A stretch of 64,000 bases of DNA, taken from positions 558,001 to 622,000 of the forward strand of contig NW_027270889.1 of assembly GCF_040938485.1 (NCBI RefSeq), in the 5' to 3' direction. Both the position numbers and the translations under genes were made by a program. Below are positions 1 through 11,300 of the stretch, piece by piece. The stretch is from Diadema antillarum. Taxonomy: Eukaryota. Numbering within the stretch: the first letter of the stretch is position 1; each line of letters starts with the position of its first letter. The notes beneath the pieces were generated by a model that saw only the letters and a program-made list of their open reading frames with translations, had not been told where the DNA came from and ran no database searches.

Positions 1-300
1 ACATTGCACAAATGTCCCTTCTTGTAAGGGTTGCCACAAACGTGTCTGCAGAGCAAGTTAAGAAAGACTAGTGAAATAGTCTGTACATTGTATTAAAAAA
101 AAGAAAACAATTCTTCTCAAAAGCCATGATCTTTTTTTGTCGTTGTAAGACTTGATATATAAATGAAAGAGGTCGGTCATCTCTGTTTCTCTTCCTCCTT
201 CTCTTCTTCTATTTCCCCTTCTCCCTCCCTTTCTCCTTCTTCTCCACCGCCACCACCTTTTTTTTCTTCTCCTTCTTCTCCTCCCTCCTCCTCCTCTCCG
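1..300 (+). repeat. Intron segment duplicated at ~1168-1450
   Basis: CATTGCACA.ATGTCCCTTCTTGTAA..GTTGCCACAAACGTG...AAATGAAAGAGGTCGGTCATCTCTG present at both positions, each followed by a CT-rich tract. Confidence 0.8.
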
Positions 301-748
301 TTCTACTTCATCCTTCCGTCTTCTCCATCTCTCTTCTCTTTTTACTCTTCCTTCCTCATTTTTCCTTCTTTTATTCCCATTTGTTATCATACACGAGAAT
401 GTTGTCCATGGGAGCTTATACTAGCACCTCAAAAAATATTTTGGCCAAACGTTCGAGTACGTGATCATGTTATCTATTTGTCGACTGGTCTTTGACAGAC
501 TCATAAAACAAAACTCGTTACCAAAGCATAATATATATACTATACAAACTTTAAAAGCAAGAGGAACATCCAGGCGCCTTAATGGATTTTTTTTATCACA
601 CAATGTACTGCAGTGGTTCAAGGCAAGATTAAAGTCGAGATGACAAGACAAGTTAGTGACGTGCAAGGTGTCCTTTCATTTCAAACCCGTACATCTTTGT
701 AAAATGGAAGTAAGTGCGTGGAGTGGATGTTTGTTTCCCTCTATACAG

Positions 749-1084
749 TTCCACTTGCTACCCCACCTCCACCAGTCACAATTCGCCTCGTCGGAGGGTC
801 GCATCCCCTCGAAGGCCGGGTGGAAGTCTTTATGGACAACCAGTGGGGAACGGTGTGTGATGACGAGTGGAACCTGCCCGACGCAAACGTCGTCTGCCGC
901 CAGCTGGGATACGGGGCTGCCGAAACAGCCCAGCTAAGGGCCAGGTATGGAGCCGGAACTGGCCCGATCCATCTCGATGATGTGAGGTGCAGCGGTAACG
1001 AGGAGACCCTGACGTCTTGTCCGCATACATCTTTCCACAACTGTGCTCACGAGGAAGACGCGGGGGTGATTTGTAGACCAGCAG
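749..1084 (+). CDS. Exon: SRCR domain 1 (6-Cys, group A-like)
   Basis: tatacAG|tt ... gca g|GTaata; IRLVGG..EGRVEV..WGTVCDD.W...DANVVCRQLG..GPIHLDDVRC.G.E..L..C....HNC.H.EDAGVIC. Confidence 0.95.
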
Positions 1085-4000
1085 GTAATAGCACTTTCTT
1101 ACTAGGGTCATCTTGGACATAATCACTGTGAATGTTGAGTTTCATAGGTGTGAGACGCAGCAAACAGCATTGCACACATGTCCCTTCTTGTAAAAGTTGC
1201 CACAAACGTGCCTGTAGAGCAATTGAAGAAAGACTAGTGAAATAGTCAGTAAATGCTGACATGGTTAAAACAAACAATAAAACAAGTCTTCTCAAAACCT
1301 ATGATTTTTTTTTGGTCAAATTTGATATAAATGAAAGAGGTCGGTCATCTCTGATTCTCTTCCTCCTCCACTTCTTCCTCTTCCCCTTCTCCCTCAATTC
1401 TTCTCCTCCACCGCCACCACCCTTTCTAATCTTCTCCGTCTCACTCCTCCTCCTCCTCCTCCTCCGTTTCACTTCATCCTTCCGTATTCTCCCTCGTCCT
1501 CCTCTTGTTGCTCTCCTTTTTCTCATATTTTCTCCCTTTTCTCCACATATTTCTATCTCCTCCACTTTGGTTCTCTTGCTCCTCCTGCCTTCTACCAGAA
1601 GTAGCTATCAGTTGTCCTACTCTGGAGGTTCCCCTCCATGGTAGACTGAATTGTCTCCGAGATGCCCAGCCGAATCCAGTCTGCCTCACACAGTGTAATG
1701 AAGGTTATCAGCGATACGGAGAAAGCCGTTCCCTGTCCTGTCTCCCATCTGGCAACTGGGACGCCGAGCCGTTGCGGTGCGAAGGTGAGCGCTCTGTGAC
1801 CTAGTGTTAGCAGCTCCTAGAGGGGTTGTTTTTGCCCGTTGTGTAACGGAAAGAGTAATTGAATTGATAATGATAATAAGGTCGTATTTATCCATGGTAG
1901 CTTCTTCAGTGTTACTACTTCTCTACCAGAGGGTCCTGCCATTGTGATTTCCTTAGGCTTTGCCAGGTACTCATTTATACACCTGGGTCGAGAGGGACAT
2001 TGTGGGTAAAACATCTTGTCCAAGGACGTAAGCACTGGGTGGGATTCGAACTCGAGTCCTCCGATCGGGAGTCGGGAGTCTTATCCATTATGCCACAGCG
2101 CCCCCACATGAGTTGAGGTCGAACATGACTGTGTCCTGAGATGATTAATCAAGTTGGAGTATTGTCGTCTTTTGGAGTGTGTAAAATCAAGTTTGTATTT
2201 AATGATAAAAGAAGGAGTGCCACTATTGTTTTGTGTCAGCAGCTATGAGACTTCTCCACATCCTTGTCCATTGTATGTGTATTTTCCAACTCCCTGCATA
2301 TGCTGTACGTGGCATAATTATAGTGGATAAGACTCCCGACTCCCGATCGGAGGACCCGAGTTCGAATCCTGCCCAGTGTTTACGTCCTTGGACAAGTTGA
2401 TTTTTCAGGTTATGTTTAAAGATATCAACTTAACTTGTTGATGGTTGTTACAGTGTTTTCATCATATCTTGTCAAACCTTTCTGGAAAGATGAAAAAAAC
2501 ACACATACACACCATGCCCTTTTTACACTCTTTCTTTCATGTGCACTGATGGGCTATTCTCCTTCTCAGCTCGGCCGATACTCGAGTGTCCCTCCGGTGG
2601 GTTTCTCTGCAACAGCAATCGACTTTGTGTTCCCTCAGATTGGCGCTGCAACGGGAATAGGGATTGCCCGTTAGGCGAGGATGAAGAGCAGTGTGACGCA
2701 CGTGAGTTTCAAGTCACGTTGCCATGGTAACTGATAAAGTACCCAAAAGCGTTTCACGTGGATGGAGGACGTCCTCCAAACTAAGGATTGCTCGAAAATA
2801 ACACGCCATCTTACTTTCTACGCATCTTATTCTAAGCATATAATCTTAACTGAAATATGGAATATCTTCTTTAATAGATATGACGCTCTGGAAAACAAAT
2901 TAACTCTTTACAATATGAATATGCCCCGAACGTATCCGTTCAGTGAATGCAGACATAGTAGAAGAACACACCGGTGAAATTTTAGGACAATTGGACAATT
3001 AAGCCAAAAGTAATGAAGTTTCAGCATTTTTAATCAAAATAAAGCCATCTGCTGTCATTGGAGTTTAAGGCTACAATAATAATATTTGGAATGTCAGAAA
3101 AGTGAAACGATAAGACAACATATCTAGCGGGCCTACACATTCCCTCAACTTACTATCGTATGTTAAGGCAGATATGTTTCCTTTTGTCTTCTTTAGACAT
3201 ATTCCTTTTTCATTGCGTCGGATATATGAAAAGTGTCTGAAATTGTTATTATATTTTCTCTATATCGTTCAACTGGTATGTAACTGCAAGCAGTTAAATT
3301 GTAGCCTAATGCTGCAATAGTGACACCAAGCTCTTAGGCCAAGTAAAAAAAGAAAGTAGTTTCTCGTCCGGGTTTTTTGAGCAAGGCGATGAGGGAGGTC
3401 CTTACTATTTGATATCTTTAATAGGAAGTCGTAACTATTGAACAGATTGTTCGATTTTCCTCGAACTTCATTGATGTGTTTTACAAGAATATTGCTCTAC
3501 TTCCTGATTTCACATTAGTATTTTGAGAAAATTCTCCATATTGTTGAGTGAATACTTTGGTAAGTATTTCTATGATTGGTGACAACACCCGTTGACTCCT
3601 TAACTCACTCAACAGCACCAGTGGCTATTCGCCTCGTCGGGGGGCCGAATCAGTACGAGGGACGTGTTGAGATTTTCCTGAACAATCAGTGGGGTACTGT
3701 GTGCGACGATCAGTGGAATCTGGTCGACGCCAACGTCGCCTGCCGCCAGCTTGGATTCGGCCCTGCCCTGGCCGTCCGTTTCAGAGCCAGGTATGGCGCG
3801 GGTACTGGCCCGATCCATCTCGATGATGTAAGGTGCACGGGCGAGGAGGAGACCCTTCCATCGTGTTTTTACATATCCTCCCACAACTGTGCTCACGATG
3901 AAGATGCTGGAGTGATCTGTAATCCACCAGGTTAGTGCTGGGTTATGCAGGTAATGGTCGTATAGATGCAATCTTTTTCCCATTGCTCCTCCATGCGGAG

Positions 4001-5316
4001 TAATAAACAGTTAACCTTGCCATGTTTGCCTACGTATATTTGGACTGAAAGAAAAGCTTCGACTCAGAGAAAATTCGACTTTTGGGGGATTGAGATTACT
4101 AAACTATAACTGTATAAGGAAAAGAGGACTCGCAAAGACCATTGAATGAAGCGATTATCCGACTTAAGTTAGGTTGACTGGATGAACTCGTTCTAATATC
4201 TATTTTTCTGGCCTTTTTCATTTCATTAATCATCAACATCTTAAGTTTTATACAATAGTCATTTTATCAGAAACCCAATTACAAGTTCTAAAGTCTTAAT
4301 CACCTTGATATCGGTAAAGGTGAAAGTTATCATGGGAAGTGATTACAGATTCGATTACAGACGAGCAAATGTCAAACGTCCAAAGTTTGTTTGACATAGC
4401 AATACAGGTACCGAGTACAGGTACAGAGACTGAGAGTCGTGCATATGGTTCGTCAACATGTGCATTATGCAAGTAATATCAAGAGAAAATAATCATGAAT
4501 ATACACATGGCAATGTCGGCGTCACTGAGACAGCAAGAAGCTCAAGTGAAAACTTTATTCTTTTTTTTTTCAACAGAATAGACTGAGTAATGTGTGTCAT
4601 TGAACATGTATTATTTCTTTTTTTATTTTCGAATAATATTCAGGAAGCAAGGAATAACATCATTATACAGTATGATCAGTACAAAAGGCAAAATAATGAC
4701 ACAATTGCAAAGATAGAGATTGAGAGATTGAGATGACACTTTGATAATGTCATTCTTCTATAACATGGACAAAAACAGAACAAAACAAAACACTGGCCCG
4801 AATTCGGGTTATGCAAATTTCTCCTGCGTAAATACGATTGACAGATTGCGTGCGCCAAAAGACGTCCAGTAATCATGGTAACGAACGCCATTAATACGCC
4901 GATGTCGAAGGTATGCCTATTTCACGCTTATTTTAGACCATGGTATATAAGTTTAAACCAGGTTTAAACCACCTTCGTGAATTTGGGTCGATATTGTGTC
5001 TCGAGAAAATTGGTGAGGAAATTGTTTGGGTATATAGATGCTGCAATAATCATTTGACCATGTCAAGTTTCTTTTTTCCTGCTGCCCCCCCCCCCCCCCC
5101 CCCCGTGTGCACCTGTTGTCATTGACCAGCCCCACCGACGTGTCCCATTGGTCAGTTCCAGTGTAGAGGTCAAACTTGTATCAGTAAGAGGCTCTATGAT
5201 TTGCCCAACTCTACGCCACTTGTAGAGTAGTCAGTGTAATGATAATCAATTTCAAGGAAGGAAGAGCTAGAAACACATGTCAGAAAGGAAATGTAAAACA
5301 AAATATATACATACAG

Positions 5317-5368
<52 letters not shown>

Positions 5369-8300
5369 TTGTATTTCAAAATTGCTATGTAATCATAACA
5401 CAAGATGTCTTTATTGGATCTACTTTCCGATGCTTTATTCTTTGGTATGTCACTTATTATAAGAAGAACCAAAAAAAAAAAAAAAAAAAACTCATGCAGC
5501 TTGTTTGTGGGAGCCATCGTTATTCATAAGCATAAACTCTTATACATGTACTCTTTTCAAACGCGGCTATTTGCAGCTAAAATTATCATAAAAGCAAGTT
5601 TGTAATAACTGCAGCATGCATTTTAAAAAAGCTCGCACTAATCCAATGCCTGCCAGGATGCAAAACAAGTGATAACACTAGTGTCCAGCTTTTATTTACC
5701 ACTGAAAAACAATTTGACTCTTGTTATCTATCGATTTCATATTAACTTGATTCTCTGCTTCAATGGCGTTTTACACTACAGCGTAGAGAGCTAATGTGTA
5801 CCCGATGTTTTGGCAAATTTGGATGTACAATACGTTGACCATATTGACATGTTATTATTGTCAATCGTTCATGACACGTCTTATATACGTAAGGCATATT
5901 CTTTTGCGGTTCTTCGAGGCTCCTAGATGTATTTTGGGGCGCTAAATGCTTTAACAAATCCAAATTTTTCAAAGTGTGACGACGCACTGTACGCCATGAT
6001 CGACAGATAGATTTACAAGAAACAGCGGATATGACGTATCTAAACTTTACCAATATTCGAACCCCTGCCTCCACTAACAAACCCCGGATACATACGTCTT
6101 TTCGCCATGCTGTGATATCATGGGTCCTTACGTGCAGTTTCTATAAGCAGATGTCAACACATGCTCGTATGTTACATTTTTGACCTTATTATTCAAATCT
6201 CATTATTTCATCGCACTCTTCTAACGTTTTTAGGTAGTTGACAGTTCACAAAATGAATTAGTTAGCAAGCATTATTTTGACAGATTAATGGCTACCAGAA
6301 TAGATTAACCAACAAACCGATGAGCTGATGAATTAACAGGCTGATTCCTTGACTGTCTGCTGACTGTGTAGCTAATCAGATGATAGATCGATAGTTGATT
6401 AATTCATCGAGTGATTAATGTGCTGAACACTCGTCTTCTGTCAGTATTCAGCATGCTGATGCTAAAGGGAGGGGCGGGAGACGTAAACTTCAGCCCTTCA
6501 AAGAAAAGTTACATAAAAGATGTGCACCATACTTTATGTCAACGTTCCATCTTTGAATGAAAATTAGGACCAGTTATTTCTAGCTAGCTACAGTGAGTGT
6601 GAATCATAAGGAAACCTCAGGCTGACGAAGTTGACACCCTGTTCGTATGTGCTAGTGTAGAGATGATTCGCCTGGTTGGAGGACCTTCACCGTACGAAGG
6701 TCGCGTCGAGGTCCTCGTCGAGGCCACATGGGGCACGGTGTGCGACGATGCCTGGGACTGGAACGATGCCACAGTGGCTTGTCGCCAACTGGGATTCGGG
6801 CAGCCGTTTGAGGTCATGGGATCAGCGGCCTATGGCAGCGGGCACGGTCCTATCCACCTGGATAACTTGCGATGCCATGGGGATGAAGAGTCGCTGGTGT
6901 CTTGTCCCCAGGCACTGTATCATGACTGCCATCACGATGAAGATGCAGCAGTGGCCTGCAGGCAGCCGGGTTAGTGTCACACGCAACCAGATGCCACTAC
7001 AACCACTGACAACACACAGACATCAGAAGCATATTCTGTATAATCCTGCGTCATTCAGCAGTCCAAGCAAGTACCCTATCAGGGATAAAACTGAATTACC
7101 CTCTCAGGGCTATTTAGCGGCTCAACGAAGCGTTGCGATCGTTATCGCTATTCTTGTTGCCGGACGTTCCGATTTATGACTCAAAATGTTGCGGAGTTTG
7201 CAGGCTCGTGCGAGCGCTGCACGCTGGCAATGATGTGGGTGGTCTTGTGTATCCATCATTCACACAGTCCGCGCCGTTTGTATACACCCACATGCAGGAG
7301 ATAAGTCACAGCGTCACATACCAACGGCCGGGGATCGCACATCGCGATAAGATGGTTTTGACAATTTGCACAAATCGAAGCTAAAACTACACTAAGTGCA
7401 CATAGTCGTTGCAGGATGATACCACACACACACACAAACAAACAAAACAAAATACGCAATGCACCTCTCAAACAGAACTACACTCAAGTGCACATAGTCG
7501 TTGTAGAATGATACCACACACACACAAACAAACAAAACAAAATACACAGCCCCCCTCTCAAATGGAAGTTGGAATTTTTTCGCAGTTATATAATTCTCCC
7601 ACAGTCCCAAGTAGATATAACACAAAATGCCTAATTGGTCCTCCAAAATATTCTGTCAATGCATTCATGGCATGACAGGGAGGTGGCAAGAGAATATAAC
7701 TATGCCTGATTAGACAAACTGTACCGTGCTAATCATCCATGATCTCAGTGACAGCTCACTGGTATCGAGGAAACCCAACTACACACAAAAACAACATCAT
7801 CCAACCCCCTCCCAAGTAATCTGCATAGTATGTGTTTCGCAGTGATTATCTACAACCAGGGAGGTGAGACAAAACCTCTCACCTCCCTGCTACAACAGGC
7901 ACTGCCGATCGAGAATGCCAGAACGGCCAGGGTAATAAACTTTTCGATGTCACAGCACTTTCCCAAGATCGACGCAGGGGCGTGATCAATTCACATTTTG
8001 ATTTTTCTGATTACCTGCGTTGACACATCTTCTAATGTCCCCTGGAGATCATACTATAAAGAGGTAAGCATTGGTGTCATCCTACACAATGTATTTCCAA
8101 AATTTACAGTTTTGATTTCATGTATATCAATGTGGGATGAGTTAGGTACCTTCTCACAACAGCGAGCTTTGGCCCACGAAAGCGGCGGCCAAGCAAGCAA
8201 GGCGAGTCAGAGAGCAATACGATCGTCGGCCATTCCACGTACACTGGGCTAACTGCGTATACGGGAGGCAACAGGCAAGCGGTGTGTGCGCGTTTTTCTC

Positions 8301-11300
8301 AGTTCCAGTAGCGATAGCCTGACAAAATGCAAAACGGATTGAATGAGGCTAAGTGGACAAAATTTTCGAACAAGCCGTGCTTTTACAGAGAGCGTGTGAA
8401 TTTTGCTCACCCCGGATTATCCTGCAAAAGGGTCTATGAAAGCAAAAACTAATAATCTTTACTCTGAGGGAAAATGAGCGCAATCCGCGGTGAGCAAAAA
8501 ATACTGTGTATGTTTAAACGCCGACAAGTCGAAGCGGTTTTGTCGGTTGCCATAGACTTTACACGTGAGGGTGATTCGCTTGGCACTGAGCCAGGTTCGG
8601 CGAGCTCGCTCGATCATCCCGTTTTATCCTCTATAGGGTATTTCGGCGTTATCCTCTATAGGGTACTTGCTTGGACTGTTCAGAGGCTAACGGTCTCTTG
8701 TTACTAACTGGATGCGCATGTTATTTATCATGACTAACTGCCATGCATGCATGACGTATACTCTTTTTTCTCCTTCTTTTTTGTTTTGTTTGTATCTGAA
8801 GCAAAAAGGCAGTTTGGATTGCGTCCAGATTCAAAAACAAAACAAAACAAAACAAAACAAAACAAAACAAAACAAAACGCGCTTTCTGTTTTAGTGCTTA
8901 GAGATTCGTGGAAATATTGAACAAACCTTTGCTCGTGAGACGGAGTAGTCATCAGTGGATAATGCCGGTAATCATGTATGTTAGGTTCCGTAGAACCGCC
9001 TCCCTACCCCATCCGTCTGGCTGGAGGATCGTCCGCTCTGGAAGGCCGGGTCGAGATCTTTCATAACAACCAGTGGGGCACAGTGTGTGATGATGACTGG
9101 GACATGGCCGATGCCAATGTAGTCTGCAGGCAGCTCGGCCTCGGATCCGCCTCGAGATACGTGTTGGCTGGCGGCTTCGGCCCGGGGACCGGTCCCATAC
9201 ATCTCGATGAGGTGGCGTGCACTGGGTCTGAGGAGATGCTCGTTGGTTGCCCAAGAGCCAGCAGTCACGATTGTGGTCATTTTGAAGATGTTGGAGTCGT
9301 TTGCCATCCACCAAGTTAGTGGTGACAAATGTTTGTTTCTTAAGAAGATCCGGTTCTCCATTTTTCTTGCTAGCGTATGTGGTCAATGGTACCTTGAACT
9401 GAACTCCACTTCTTTGGATTCAAATCCAAAAGAAAAGATACATGTACTTTGTAATGAAATTATCATGTGTGACATCATATCAATTCTGTTATTTTCTTTT
9501 GACCATTAAACATTCTCCCTCCTCGTCCTCTTCGGTTTCTTCCTTATTGTACTCCTATTTTTGGTACAATGAATTGTCATCGATCTTTTTCATCTCACAT
9601 GCAGCATGATTAGTGTCTCGTATATCTAATCTCTTCCAATATCTAAGTTGATAACACACACTAAAACATATTTTTTCTCAGGAATAGCATGTGGTAACTC
9701 TTATGATCACGCTTTACCCTTGATTTGCTGTGGAAAATACTTGGGTGTGGGATAGTTTTTTTGCACTTCTCATTTCTTGCTTTACGGTTCGTGAAACGAT
9801 CTTTCATAGACAGCAAGTAGACATGTTTTATTATGAGTATGGGCTACAGCTAGTATATGATATAGATACATAAACATGAAATATAATTATGTGACCCGTC
9901 ATCATGAAACCCTGATAGATGGTGTACCCACTTTTTCTGACTTAATTTTAGAACAGCAGACTTACAAGTTAGTGAGAAAGCTTGCCATTGACTATGCTGT
10001 CGCGTCGTATCATAAGATTTTGTAATCACAGATCATTACAATGCATCTTGTCATCAGTGAGTCTACGAGGATGCCTTGCGTTCTCTTTAAAGTTTACCAA
10101 CTATACCACAGCTGTGGTTAGGGGTAGTTAGCATTCATGAAAATTGCCTCTTTGTGGAGAAGTCAGGTATTCATTGATGTATCAGTACTATGTCCAACCC
10201 AAGTGAAGCTGCCTTATTACTAACAGCGTACACTTTGTCACAATGGAGACAACTTCTCTTGCTAACCTGGTCAGATGTATATAAGTCTAGCTCATGTTAT
10301 TTCTCTACTTATTTCTCTCTCGCTATTCATTTATCTCTTCCTCTCCCTCCCTATTCCTCTCTCACTCTGTATATCTTTTTCTTACTTTATCTGTTTCTCT
10401 TTCTCTGTCTGTCTGTCTCCTCTCCATTTCTCATGTATTTGATATCTATCTGTCCATCTCTATCTATCTATACATCGATCTATCCATCGATGTATACATC
10501 TATACATCTATCTGTCTGTCTATTTATCTATTTATTCATTTATCTATCTATCCATCCATCTATCTATCTATCTATATATTTGTCTGTCTGTCTATTTACC
10601 TTTCTATCTATCTGTCTACCTATTTGTCTGTCTATTTACCTTTCTATCTATCTGTCTACCAAAATCTTCTACTCTATTTCTCCATGATAGGTAACTGTAC
10701 AAATGGATGTGTACATGGTGCGTGCGTTGGCCCTGATATGTGCAGGTAAAATTTATGTATTTATTTTTGTAGGAAAGATATATTAGCTACTGCAGTCGCA
10801 CAAATCACTATCGTGTTTATCTTATTCATTTCGAAAGCAAAATTTAATTGTGGACATTACCTCCCCTAGTGATTAAACTATACTCTTGTGTGATGTCATG
10901 CCGAAATACAGTTAAACTTATCTACAGCGGCCACCCTAGGGAGATGAAAAGAGCGGTTGGGCCGCTATAGACAGATTATCAGACATTTTGTGTGTGTAAT
11001 AGGCTCATTACACGCATGTACATGTATATTATCATTGTATTCATCTATGAATACTTACATGTACCAAGGAGGTACTAGTACCTCCTTGCATGTTCATTAT
11101 GTGTATGATATTGCACGTGTTTCATGCATGGAACAATGCCGGTATTGATCGAGTTGTTGCACAGTAGATTGCGTACATCAAACATAATTAAAATTGATGC
11201 CAGCATCATTATTACTGAATGAAGGGAGAATGCAGCTGTGGCGATCACTGAACTGTTAGCCATGAATTATCGGCACGGCTGCAAAGCAGCAAACACACTA

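Noticed and set aside
58-495. Arg/Glu-rich and Ser/Pro-rich ORFs on both strands (also 1261-1689)
   Set aside because: Translations of CT-rich low-complexity intron tracts; no domain and no splice logic.
1881-1910. CUGAAGA-A-GCUA motif in the SINE tail (minus strand); similar motif near 39440-39495
   Set aside because: No properly placed GAAA and closing stems, so not callable as a hammerhead.
2035-2103. Apparent tRNA gene
   Set aside because: A and B boxes are present but there is no acceptor-stem closure; it continues into a SINE body and has a second truncated copy.
10190-10690. Long IYLS-repeat ORFs (also 24226-24768, 35327-35636, 11593-12117)
   Set aside because: Open frames caused by (TCTA)n, (ATC)n and (AAC)n microsatellites; only the embedded exons are real.
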